This document shows, one piece after another, positions 35,501 through 48,139 of a stretch of 64,000 bases of DNA. The notes beneath the pieces were generated by a model. The model was not told the origin of the DNA and did no database searches. It saw only the letters and a program-made list of their open reading frames with translations. The translations under genes and the position numbers were made by a program. Location: positions 1 to 64,000 of the forward strand of contig NIVC01002475.1 in NCBI GenBank assembly GCA_002269645.1. Direction: 5' to 3'. Each line of letters begins with the position of its first letter. Within the stretch, counting starts at the first letter, position 1. Source of the stretch: Macrostomum lignano (lineage: Eukaryota).

Positions 35501-38500
35501 CAAAATATATCTGTTAAGCTTAAGCTCAGCTCCATTCAGTCACTCGTGACTGTCTTCCAAATCTTCAGCTTCATAGAGGCCGGAGGCCTCCTTGTCCTTG
35601 CTCACAGAGCTGCCACAATCGCCTCTTCAACAACCTTGACATTCAGGCTGGTCGCTGGTGTCAATGTTGCACTTGCACATATACTCCTTAATGAAGTCCT
35701 CTAGCTTGCCCTTGATTTTTATCTTCCCATCTGTAACATGCCTGTTGCACCTTGCCATAACTTCGTGCATAAACAATGCACACAATAGCTCGTATACGAC
35801 GGACCAGTTCTTTATCAGAGTCTCTAGCTAAGCGATTCAGATACTGTAGGATCCTATGCTTCTTGTCAGGTTGATCAAGCCAGGAAATTAATTCATTAAC
35901 ACCCGCCATTGATGAGACCTGATACATTGAATCTTTAAAAATCAAGACATCCGAATTGCCAACAGCAGACTGCAGAGGATAGCACGCTCACCCATCATTA
36001 TATAATTCAAGCTTTCTCCCCAGAGTGAGAACCTTGCAAATGACAGCGTAGAAAATTATCTGACTCCATTTGTGTTTCGTCTGATTTCATGTCGCTCCAG
36101 TGGCCTGTAGTAGTTAACATTGATCTGTAGTAGACACTTATTGCTTGTGGCCTCTTGGCATGCGTGGCGACTGGTGGTGGTGGCAGTGCACACAGTGATG
36201 ACATTTGTCGCATGGCTACAGGACTAAATCTTGAAGCAGGGAGATTAGCAACTAGTGTGGCAAACTCAGTGGTATGTGAATGCCTTTTGTTTGAAGCACA
36301 CTCCCTGGAGTTATCACTCAATGGCTGGGAACCATTATCAATATGCTGCAAGTTCTCTTGTGTTGCAAGTCTTTCGAACTCTGTGGCACTGCCAGACCGA
36401 TCAGTGCCAAAGCAGTTAAATGTTTTCCAGACAAACCGCTTTGTGGGTTCAGACACGCGGCTGGCGTCGTCCAGATCACGCAGCATTCACTCGATTGGCC
36501 ACTTTTTGTAATTCTTGTGTTCTGTGAAATTATTTAAAACTGGCTGAAGAGATGATTTTGCATGATCTGCCTGCACAACTATTACTGAATGCGGCTTATC
36601 AACGTACTGTGCAGAGGCAACCACAATCTCTGATGACAGTAAAAGAAATCGGTTAAGTTGTTGAATGTTTAAGAAGGTTAAACTAACATTATTGGTCGAG
36701 CCGACGCATCTCGACGAAAGCGGTCATAATCAGGGGCATTAATGAACAATTAATTTTCTAACAATATAAATATGTACGTACATATAGTCCAATAGACGGG
36801 AGACAGTTGATAGGCATTTCGGAGCACAATCTCTGATGAAGCTTTAACATTTTAACAAGTGCCTCGAAGTGACTTAGGCTAATGTCAGTCTGATTGCTAT
36901 GACTGAATCTCAATAGTCTTGTCAGTTGGAAAATACAACAGGAGATTTGAAATGTCTTTAAAAGCCGATATCGGAGGCTGAAAGGGTGAATAAAAAGAAA
37001 TAAATATGTTTAATTCTTATCACATATGAAGAAACGTATGTCAAGAGATCTGGTTGACATAGGATTATTATAATATTACTATATAGTAATGAAATAATGC
37101 TAGGCCAGCCTCCCAGATCCTTGGGCTCTCTTCAGCCCCAGGACGCGTCTAAAACCCTTTAAGCAGCACATGTTGCATGTAGTTTTGATCATTCGCTTGA
37201 TGTATCAAAACCCGCAGAGAATTGTACTACCTGCAGCTGCGCTACAACCTACTGAGCGGGCTCATTCCCTGCTCACTGTCCAGAGCCATCACCTTGGCGG
37301 CCTACGGATTTCAAGTAGACTTTGGCGATTGTAGTCAGGCTAATTTATCGTTCGACTATTTGCTGGACTATCGGCACATTTCTAACGATCTGATGCCTGT
37401 TAACGACTCCGATTATAAGAACATTGTTGAAGAGATACTTAAACAGTATCAGATGCTTGAGGGCACCGACTGCAAGATGGCGCAGTGCATCTACATTGAA
37501 TTGATTCAGAAGAATACGCCGCACTTTGGTGTCGCTTATTTTCCTGCTAAGGTAAGTTTGTTCTGTACTAGATAAAAATGGCGGGGGGGCGTAGCCCAGC
37601 GGGCTAGCGCAGGCTCTGGTGTGCCAGCGACCCAGGCTCGATTCCAAGTGCAGTCACATTAATTTGGGGCTGAATTGGAATCTCGGCTTGGCTCTGCTCG
37701 TGCAATTAACGGCCTTGAGAGCCAACCCCCCAAGGCGCAGTGAAGTGTACATTCCTAACGATAAAATAAAGTTAGGGCCGCTGTACACTCCTGTGTGAGT
37801 GTGTGCCTGTGCGTATGACTGCGTACGTATCCGCGCGCTTGTGTGCCTGCTCAGGGGAGTCGGCGGAATGGGCAGTAATGCCTCTCGCCGGTTGTGTGTT
37901 GATGTCGCTTAAAGTGCGCCAGGGTGCACACAACCCCCCTGCCTCTAATAAAATAAAAAAAGATAAAAATGGCGGTTCATTTTAAACTTACATTTTGAAC
38001 TCTTCATTAGAATCCCCTAAACTGGGATTTTTAATCCTGTCTCTCAGATCCCATTATATTGGGATTCTTAACCATGTCTCTCAGATCCCCTTATATTGTG
38101 ATTCTTAACCCTGTCTCTCAGATCCCATTATATTGGGATTCTTAATCCCTGTCTCTCAGATCCCCTTATATTGTGATTCTTAACCCTGTCTCTCAGATCC
38201 CCTTATATTGGGATTCCTAACCCTATCTCTCAGATCCCCTTATATTGGGATTCTTAATCCTGTCTCTCAGATCCCATTATATTGGGATTCTTAATCCTAT
38301 CTCTCAGATCCCCTTATATTGGGATTCTTAATCCTATCTCCCAGATCCCATTATATTGGGATTCTTAATCCTGTCTCTCAGATCGCATTAGATTTGGATT
38401 CTTAATCCTATCTCTCAGATCCCCTTATATTGGGATTCTTAATCCTATCTCTCAGATCCCATTCTTCATCCTCTGAAATCCCATTAGATTAGGATTCTTA

Positions 38501-41500
38501 ATCCTGTTTTAGATTAGTTCCTTACAGTAACCGCTTTATGATTTGGGTCCAGTCCAACATTGTTCTCAAATTATCGCTAGAAACTGTTAAAATGGTGAAA
38601 ATCCCATTTATAAAACAACTTTCAGACGCGCAAAGGCCAGGACGTGAAGCTGGGATTGTCTCAACGCGGTGTCCGACTGTTCGGCAATGCCGACATGGGC
38701 GAAGTCGACCTTCGCTGGTCAGACATTGCCAGATTTCAGGCCGCCGGTAGGAACTTCTCCATCGCCAGGAATGGCGGCTCCGGCGGCAGCAACTTGCAGT
38801 TGCGCTTAGACGATCCAAAAACGGCTAAATATGTGCTGCAGTACTGCGCTCAGTTGCACGCCTTCTACATCAACTACTGTGCTAGGGTTGTGACACCTCC
38901 GCAACAGCAGCAGCAGACTGCCGCACCAATAACTCCAACTGGCATTGTAGCCACAGCTGTGCCTGTTGTTGTCACCTCGGCAACTGACGATCAGGCCATT
39001 GCTACTGCAACCGTAGATAGTACTACGCCAACTAATACCTTCGCTAATAGTAATCATAAGCATAATAGTCAGGCTATGACAGTCTCTAATGGCAACAATC
39101 ATAGCGATTATAATACTTCGTCTTGGCAACAACAGCAGCAGCAGCAGCAACAGCAACAGCAGAAGCCGATGCATATACGTTTGCCATCGTATCGTAAAGC
39201 TGCAGACTATGCAGCTTTGATTCGTCAGCGGGAGCAGCAGCAGCAGCAGCAGCAGCAGCCCGTCGTAGCCACAGCAGATCTGGAGCCGCCGCCAAAATAT
39301 CCGGTGTCGATTGCTGCAGCCAATGCCGCTGTTGCCGCGGCAACCGGAGGCGGCTCAACAACAACGCCAGGGGCCGATTTAGATTTGGAATGTCCGGCTA
39401 GTAAAACTGTTAGAAACTATCTTCACTCGCTTGAAAGCGACGGACTGTTGTTGGATAAGCCGCAGCCTCCTCAGCAGCAGCAGAATCTTGCAAATATGCT
39501 GCTTTCAAAGCAACAACAACAGCAGCAGCAACAGATTATGACCGAATCTGGTGATTATGATCAGCCGCAATTCTTGATTACTCAACAGCATCATCAACAG
39601 CCAGCCTTTCCTTTGTCAACTATTAAAGCTGATGATTGTTACGACGAACGGGATTATTATCCTCAGCAGCAGCGGCATCATCATCTTTATCAGCATCATA
39701 TTTATGATAATTTGCCGCAACCGGATCTGCTTCTTGCTAGCGGTGTTGGCGCTCCAATTGGCGTTGGCGCTGTTAATAAAAATGTCACCTGCAGTACCCC
39801 GAATCTGCATCATCTGCTTAGCGTGTTGGATAAGGTAACTTACAAAGGGCCCGCGATAAAAAAATTTAACGTTTTGGATCGCTTAGGATGACCTTGACCT
39901 AACGGGTCATTTAATGCCACGTTGAATAGGTCATTTAAGATCATCTTGACACCTTGATCTAGTCGGTCATTTAAGATTGCATTGATCTAGCGTGTCATTT
40001 AAGGTCAATTTGGTAATTTAAGTCGCAATGATCTATGGAGTCATTGAAGGTCACATTGATTTATGGGGTCATTGAAGGTCACATTGATCTAGCGTGTCAT
40101 TTAAGGTCAATTTGGTAATTTAAAGTCGCAATGATCTATGGGGTCATTGAAGGTCACATTGATCTAGTGGATCATTGAAGGTCACATTAATCTATTGGGT
40201 CATTGAAAGTCACATTGATCTAGTGGATCATTGAAGGTCACATTGATCTAGTGGGTCATTGAAGGTCACATTGATCTAGTGTGTCATTGAAGGTTACAGT
40301 GATCTAGTAAGTCACATAAAAAATTAAATTCATCTAGTAAGTCATTTAAGGTCGCATTGGTCTAATTGGTCATTTATGCTCGCAATAATCTAGTGTAGTG
40401 GGTCATTTAAGGTCAAATTGATATAGTGGGTCATTGAAGGTCACCTTGATCTGTCGGGTCAACTGACGTCACTTTGTGCTTCTGGTCATCAGAGATCAAC
40501 ATCCTCTTAGTGTATTGGGTCATTTGATGTCACTGATCTAGATAGGGGTCAAGGTCACAGTAGGCTATTTTAATGTTAAATGACGTCACCTTATAAGCAA
40601 CTCCCCCCCCCGATTCCCAGGGCGAGACCCAGCTGGCTCATCGTCTGGTCCGCGACTTCCAGCAGACCTCGGCAGCAGCCGCTGCGGCCGCCAACGCCTC
40701 GTCGTCAACTGGCGTTGCCGTGCCAACCAGCCTCAGTCATCATCACAGCACGCCGAATCTGCACAGCCCAACATCCGCTCCAATCAATGCTAAACTGCCC
40801 CTGATAGCGGTGGAGGCTGCCGCTGTTAGAGAGCCGCCAGCTCCGGCCTACTCAGCCAGCCGTTGCTACGAGAATCTGAGACCTCGACCGTCGTCAAATC
40901 GACTACCGGCTAAGCCGCCAGCCGCTCTGGCTTTGACCAGTTCGAATAGTTTGAATAATGGCCGGCAGCAGTTGAATGACTCTGCTGGCTATAAAACTCT
41001 TCACCAAGCTCAGCCGATCCCTGCGTCGCGTTCCCGCTCCTTGTCTTGCTCGTCAGAATCTTCTGCCTCATCATCGAGCTCTTCATCTTCCTCTGCATCG
41101 TCGGCTGTGATTGACATCGCCTCCGCTGCCGCCATTGAAGCTGACGCCGCTGAAGGCTCCATCGGTACGGAATCCTTTCAAAGCGACGATGTACACGAAC
41201 AGCAGCAGTATCTGGACGAGTTGGACAATGATATTGCTGTCCAGGGTGGCGGAGGATATTCAAGAACTTCATCATCTGATGGGGCTTGTTCGGTTGGCGA
41301 GGTGCCCGTTAATAGCTCTGTGAGTGGCAGGTTTTTGGCTGGGTTCAATAACTATTGCTTGATCCATGTCAATTCGTGTCATCTTATTTTGAATCTATGT
41401 CATGAAAACTTCAAATTATCCCAGTTTTTAATCCAATTAATCCCCATCATCAGATCCCAACTTCCCATCATTATCAGATTCCAATTCCCATCATCAAATC

Positions 41501-44500
41501 CCAACTTCCCATCATTATCAAATCCCAAATCCCCATCATCATCAGATCCAAATTCCCATCATCATTAGATCCCAAATCCCCATCATTATCAGATCCCCAA
41601 TCCCCAACATCAAATCCCCAATATCCATCACCAGATCCCGAATCCCTATCACCAGATCCCTAATCACCATCACCAGATCCCTAATCCCCATCATCGGATC
41701 CCGAATCCCCATCATCGGATCCCGGATCCTCATCACCAGATCCCGAATCCCCATCATCGGGGATCCCAAACCCCATCAACGGATCCCGAATCCCCATCAT
41801 CGGGGATCCCAAACCCCATCATCGGATCCCGAGTCCTCATCATCGGATCCCGGATCCCATCATCGGATCCTGAATTCGCTCCACCTGTTTAGTTCTCAAA
41901 AGTTTCTCATTTGTTTTATCCACAATATAATCGCCACTCTTTTCTTGACAGCTCAACGTGAAACCATCTCTGACCGTGAGCACAGCCAATCTGCTCTGGG
42001 AACAAAGCGAACTGTCAATCAACTATATGCCTCGAGACGAAAGGGTATGCTAATTGCATTTTTAACCTATTATATTGCTAAAGTTTTTAATTTTTCTAAA
42101 GCTATAAAATTATTGTATTTAAATCACTAATCCGAATCAGCCCTAATCCCAATTTTTACCGTCCTTAATCCCAAATCCCTATCATTGCAGTCCTTAATCC
42201 CAAATCTCAATCATTCCAATCCCTTAATCCCAAATCTCAATCATTCCAGTCCCTTAATCCCAAATCCCCATCATTGCAACCCTTAATCCCAAATCCTGAT
42301 TATTACAGTCATTGATCTCAAATCCTGATTATTACAGTCATTGATCCCAAATCCTGATTATTACAGTCATTAATCCCAAATCCCAATCATCCCAGTCCCT
42401 AATCCCAAATCCCTATTATTCCAGTCCCTAATCCCAAATCCCTATCATTCCAGTCCCTAATCCCAAATCCCTATCATTCCAATCCTTTATCATAAATCCC
42501 TATTATTCCAGTCCCTAATCCCAAATCCCTATCACTCCAGTCCCTAATCCCAAATCCCTATCATTCCAATCCTTAATCATAAATCCCTATCATTCCAATA
42601 CTTAATCCCAAATCCCAATCGTTGCAGTCCTTAATCCCAAATCCCAATAACCGAATTCTCAATCCTTATGTTCTATCCGTAATCCCTAGTTTAAATCCCC
42701 AATTAAAAATCCCGCAGCGCCAGCAGCTGGAGGAGCACCGATCAACCGTAGACTTGGCTGCAGAATTCCACCAGATCGAGACCCGCTCCAGCCGAGCCCA
42801 ATGCCTGGTTGCTAAGCGACCACACAACGCCGTTCGCAACCGTTGCCAAGACGCTGTACCGTACGATCACAACCGGTTCGCGCTGTCAGGCACTGCCGAT
42901 AACCCGGATGGTTACTACAACGCTTCCCAGGTGGAAGTGGCCTCCAACATTATCGGAGCGGATGCGCCATTATTCATAGCCGCCGAATCGCCGCGTCAGG
43001 ATACGCGCGCCGATTTCTGGCGCCTAGCCTGGGAATCCGGCGCCAGAATCGTGGCCCAACTGTGCGGCCAAAGTGAAACCGCTCGCTATCATCCCGGCAT
43101 TGAGAAGCCGACGCCTGGCGAAAAGCTGATCTGCGATGGAGCCTACGAAGTTCAATTAGTGAATTCCACTACATCTCCGGACACGGACTATTCTATTGCC
43201 ACTCTGGCGGTTAGGGAGCTGGCCACTGGTCGGGCCCGAACCATCTGGCTGTTTGTCTATCCTATTTGGACGCCTTGCCTGGTGCCGGCCAGCGCTTCAC
43301 AGTTTCTTAGTGAGTTTCCCAGTGATGGGAATTCTCCCTTGAGATTCCGATATCAATGATGGGAATTCCCCACTTGAGATTCCTCTATCAATTATGGGAA
43401 TTCCACACTTGAGATTCCTCTATCAATGATAAGAATTCCCCACTTGAGATTCCTCTATCAATTATGGGAATTCCACACTTGAGATTCCTCTATCAATTAT
43501 GGGAATTCCACACTTGAGATTCCGCTATCAATGTTGGGAATTCCGTTCTTAAAATTCCTCTATCAGTTATGGGAATTCCACACTTGAGATTCCTCTATTA
43601 ATTATGGGAATTCCACACTTAAGATTCCTCTATTAATTATGGGAATTCCACACTTAAGATTCCTCTATTAATTATGGGAATTCCACACTTGAGATTCCTC
43701 TATTAATTATGGGAATTCCACACTTAAGATTCCTCTATTAATTATGGGAATTCCACACTTGAGATTCCTCTATTAATTATGGGAATTCCACACTTAAGAT
43801 TCCTCTATTAATTATGGGAATTCCACACTTAAGATTCCTTTATTAATTATGGGAATTCCACACTTGAGATTCCTCTATTAATTATGGGAATTCCACAATT
43901 AAGATTCCTCTATTAATTATTGGAATTCCACACTTGAGATTCCTCTATTAATTATGGGAATTCCACACTTAAGATTCCTCTATTAATTATGGGAATTCCA
44001 CACTTAAGATTCCTCTATTAATTATGGGAATTCCACACTTGAGATTCCTCTATTAATTATGGGAATTCCACACTTAAGATTCCTCTATTAATTATGGGAA
44101 TTCCACACTTGAGATTCCTCTATTAATTATGGGAATTCCACACTTGAGATTCCTCTATTAATTATGGGAATTCCACACTTGAGATTCCTCTATAAATTAT
44201 GGGAATTCCACACTTGAGATTCCTCTATTAATTATGGGAATTCCACACTTGAGATTCCTCTATTAATTATGGGAATTCCACACTTGAGATTCCTCTATTA
44301 ATTATGGGAATTCCACACTTGAGATTCCTCTATCAATGATGGGAATTCCACACTTAAGATTCCTCTATTAATTATGGGAATTCCACACTTAAGATTCCTC
44401 TATTAATTATGGGAATTCCACACTTGAGATTCCTCTATTAATTATGGGAATTCCACACTTGAGATTCCTCTATCAATGATGGGAATTCCACACTTAAGAT

Positions 44501-45684
44501 TCCTCTATTAATTATGGGAATTCCACACTTAAGATTCCTCTATTAATTATGGGAATTCCACACTTGAGATTCCACTGTCAATGATGGGAATTCCACACTT
44601 AAGATTCCTCTATTAATTATGGGAATTCCACACTTGAGATTCCTCTATCAATGATGGGAATTCCACACTTAAGATTCCTCTATTAATTATGGGAATTCCA
44701 CACTTGAGATTCCACTGTCAATGATGGGAATTCCACACTTGAGATTCCTCTATCAATGATGGGAATTCCACACTTAAGATTCCTCTATTAATTATGGGAA
44801 TTCCACACTTGAGATTCCACTGTCAATGATGGGAATTCCACACTTGAGATTCCTCTATCAATGATGGGAATTCCACACTTGAGATTCCTCTATCAATGAT
44901 GGGAATTCCACACTTGAGATTCCTCTATCAATTATGGGAATTCCACACTTGAGATTCCTCTATTAATTATGGGAATTCCACACTTGAGATTCCTCTATCA
45001 ATTATGGGAATTCCACACTTGAGATTCCTCTATCAATGATGGGAATTCTCCACTTGAGATTTCGCTATTAATGATGAGAATTCCCTGTGCTTATTCCGCT
45101 ATAAATCATGGGAATTCCCTTTTGAGATTCTGCTATCAATGACGGGAATTCCCTCTTCGCTATCAATGACGGGAATTTTCCCTTTAAATCCCGCTATCAA
45201 TGATGGGAATTCCCCGTTGAGATCTGGCTAGTAATATGGGAATTCCCCCTTAATAGTAATTATGGGAATCCTCGCTCTGAGATTTTGCTATCGATGATGG
45301 GAATTTGTAGAAATTCTCTCTGCGAGTTGGATAGGAATTCGATTTCCCTCATGAGATCGCGATAAATCGGTAACTAAAATTCCACTTTTTCTATTTGCAG
45401 TGTTCCTCGACGAGGTGGACTCGCTCCGCCGCCTACTCCAATCCGAGGACTCCGGCAGTCGGCAGACGGTGCTGCTGCACTGCCCAGACGGTTCAGGACG
45501 CACAGGCCTGGCCATCTGTCTGCTGGTGTACAAGGCCTGTCTGCAGCACAACCAGTCTGTCAGTCTGTCAACCGTGCTCTGCTCGTTGCGCGGCCAGCGA
45601 ATGAGTCTGGTGCAATCCTTGCAACAATACGAGTTCGTCTACGACGCCCTGATTCGCTCGTTGGATTCTACGCGACTTATTTAA
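32507..45684 (+). CDS. PTPN14: FERM-domain non-receptor protein tyrosine phosphatase, PTPN14/PTPN21 (Pez) type; exons 32507-32850, 37218-37551, 38626-39834, 40621-41319, 42718-43309, 45401-45684 (1153 aa)
   Basis: N-terminus MPGFRLKFQRKHRYDI..LLDG..YFGLQY..RWV.L.KP..FGVMFFV matches PTPN14/21. Linker has LPSYRKAADY, PPKY and STPNL. PTP domain ends QYEFVY..STRLI*. All introns are GT-AG with consistent phases and the exons sum to 3462 nt. PTPN14 and PTPN21 cannot be distinguished (likely co-ortholog). Confidence 0.93.
32900..33280. repeat. 28/31-bp minisatellite in PTP intron 1 (AGCCTCCCAGATCCTCAGTTGCTGGGCC)
   Basis: Period 28, with CCA-extended variants. Confidence 0.95.
34240..36540 (-). mobile_element. 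Decayed EnSpm/CACTA-type element in PTP intron 1
   Basis: Transposase relics KVNIDGLPLWKS (34557-34739) and ARAYFQCIASHT (~34400), an N-terminus RRKVLREADKHLAG (~35340), and a DUF4806-like relic LQYLNRLARDSDKELVRRI (35688-35945). Many stops and frameshifts; ends not located. Confidence 0.7.
37585..37960 (+). mobile_element. tRNA-derived SINE (376 bp)
   Basis: A box TAGCCCAGCGG (37592-37602), B box GGCTCGATTCC (37635-37645), A-rich tail, and 15-bp TSD AGATAAAAATGGCGG (37570-37584, 37961-37975). Confidence 0.88.
38010..38500. repeat. 37-bp minisatellite in PTP intron 2
   Basis: Period 37 (38041, 38078, 38115). Confidence 0.92.
39900..40440. repeat. 28-bp degenerate minisatellite in PTP intron 3 (TCATTGAAGGTCACATTGATCTAGTGGG)
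   Basis: Period 28 (40201, 40229). Confidence 0.88.
41440..42690. repeat. Two minisatellites in PTP intron 4 (~20-bp CCCATCATCGGATCCCGAAT at 41440-41870; 29-bp AATCCCAAATCCCTATCATTCCAGTCCCT at 42130-42690)
   Basis: Visible periodicity; the second array has period 29 (42421, 42450). Confidence 0.88.
43325..45300. repeat. 35-bp minisatellite filling PTP intron 5 (GGGAATTCCACACTTGAGATTCCTCTATTAATTAT)
   Basis: Period 35 (43641, 43676); about 48 conserved units plus degenerate edges. Confidence 0.97.
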
Positions 45685-46569
45685 ACATTTCCTTTATTTA
45701 AAACTACTGTTTGATAGTTGCGTAATCAGTAGTATCAAAAGAATGTATCGTTGCCTTAATAAGTATGCCATTGATTGTCACTTTAATCCGCTTTAGTCTT
45801 TCTCTTATTGTTGTCGGTTTCACTTTATTATAACAATTTTTATTGCTCGTTTGTTTGTTTGTTTATTCTGTCACTGACAATCTGGCTGGACCAAATTTGA
45901 GATGCGTTTTATTTAAACTTGTCACGCAAAGATGTTTTTCGATACATATCGGTTAGTCTACAAAAATTTCAAAAATATTGTAGCGCCTTCGCTCAGTAAT
46001 ATATCAAAGCTATTTTTTATTAATAATTAATAATCTGTTCTATTTTTTACTTAGCGATCTCGAACCTATCTGTACCATCTCATTCGCTCTCTATAAATAT
46101 CCCTTCAATATATATTATTTATAACAAATTTTATATATCATTAAGTCCCCCCGTCACTCACTTTTGCTATTTGAAATTGGCATTTATGAATGCGTATCAT
46201 TGTATGCTGTAAAATTTCTAATTTAGATAGTTTCAGTTGGGTTGCCCATATGCAATTGTGCAGATACTGACAGTAAGTAGACTATATAAGTAGTGTATTA
46301 GAATATTGTCGTTAAAATTTGTTATATTCGTTTATTATTCTCTACTAACAAGCCGCTGCTAGTACTTAAATTTTTTAATGCGGCTCTTTATTTGCCTTCT
46401 CTTGTCACTGTTGCTCCCTTTTACTTACTGTTTTTTTCTTTGAATGCGGTGGCTTTTCCTTGCTTAAAACAGTTAAGTTGTCCTCAATTTAGGACAAGTC
46501 TCCCTTGTCAAACAGATTTGTTTCTTTAATATCTTTCTGTCTGCCTCTTTCTAAAGCACCGTTTCTTTT

Positions 46570-47507
46570 GTGGCGCCTCCCCTGACTCACCTGAGGTGCC
46601 TCCCCTGACTCACCTGAGGCGCCTCCCCTGATTCACCTGTGGCGCCTCCCCTGACTCACCTGAGGCGCCTCCCCTGACTCACCTGAGGCGCCTCCCCTGA
46701 CTCACCTGAGGCGCCTCCCCTGACTCACCTGAGGCGCCTCCCCTGGCTCACCTGGGGCGCCTCCCCTGACTCACCTGAGGTGCCTCCCATGACTCACCTG
46801 AGGTGCCTCCCCTGACTCACCTGTGGCGCCTCCCCTGACTCACATTTTGCGCCTCCTTTGACTCACCTGTGGCGCCTCCCCTGACTCACCTCTGGCGCCT
46901 CCCCTTGACTCACCTGTGGCGCTTCCCCTGACTCACCTGAGGCGCCTCCCCTGACTCACCTGAGGCGCCTCCCCTGACTCACCTGTGGCGCCTCCCCTGA
47001 CTCACCTGTGGCGCCTCCCCTGACTCACATTTTGCGCCTCCTTTGACTCACCTGTGGCGCCTCCCCTGACTCACCTCTGGCGCCTCCCCTTGACTCACCT
47101 GTGGCGCCTCCCCTGACTCACCTGTGGCGCCTCCCCTGACTCACCTGAGGCGCCTCCCCTGACTCACCTGAGGCGCCTCCCCTGACTCACCTGAGGCGCC
47201 TCCCCTGACTCACCTGGGGCGCCTCCCCTGACTCACCTGAGGTGCCTCCCATGACTCACCTGAGGTGCCTCCCCTGGCTCACCTGTGGCGCCTCCCCTGA
47301 CTCACATTTTGCGCCTCCTTTGACTCACCTGTGGCGCCTCCCCTGACTCACCTCTGGCGCCTCCCCTTGACTCACCTGTGGCGCTTCCCCTGACTCACCT
47401 GAGGCGCCTCCCCTGACTCACCTGAGGCGCCTCCCCTGACTCACCTGTGGCGCCTCCCCTGACTCACATTTTGCGCCTCCCTTGACTCACCTGTGGCGCC
47501 TCCCTGA
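46570..47507. repeat. 23-bp minisatellite (GAGGCGCCTCCCCTGACTCACCT)
   Basis: Period 23 (46685, 46708); about 40 units. Confidence 0.96.
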
Positions 47508-48139
47508 GCGTCTAATCCCATTTTAACCTCTGAGCTCCCACCAAAAGGTATCTATGTATTCTAAACTGGGTTTCAATAATCCAAAAGCTATCCTAGTTGT
47601 CTTTTAGTTTTCCCTACTTGACTCCTCAAGCTGTCTATCAGACTGAAAGTTTTAATTGGTTAAGAAGCTTCTTCTTTAATCAATCATCACAAAAACTTGT
47701 TCTATTGCTCTGCAATTTGAAAACTATTTCTCACCTCTATAAGAATCTGCGCGTTTTATTTTTTAATTTTAACTGCGGAGTTCGCCTGTAAATGACATGT
47801 GTTTTGCTAAGTGTACCACTTTGAAAACTGTGTTCCCTTTTATGTACTCGATGTATTGTTTATTATTCAATAAAATTTATTCGCTTTAATTCTAATGGAG
47901 ACTGTATTATACAGCACATATTAAATAGAGGCTCTCTCACTATTGCAATCTACTTGTGAACATGAAAATGCTTTTCAAATATTGCTTTTCAGTCTTTCTT
48001 CTAACGGCTTCTCGATCGGAACATGGCATGATCCCATTTCATGACGTATTTATGACCGCTTTAATACATCCATGACCAATTTGGGGGGGGGGCGGGCACG
48101 TCACCACTTCAATTTTAACCGTTTTGCCAAATCGATGAC

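Noticed and set aside
37585-37660. tRNA gene
   Set aside because: The acceptor stem does not pair, there is no T-run terminator, and it continues into a body, A-tail and TSD, so it is a SINE head.
38513-38625. Upstream acceptor TTTTAG at 38512 as the start of PTP exon 3
   Set aside because: Gives in-frame stops; the acceptor at 38625 preserves frame and FERM homology.
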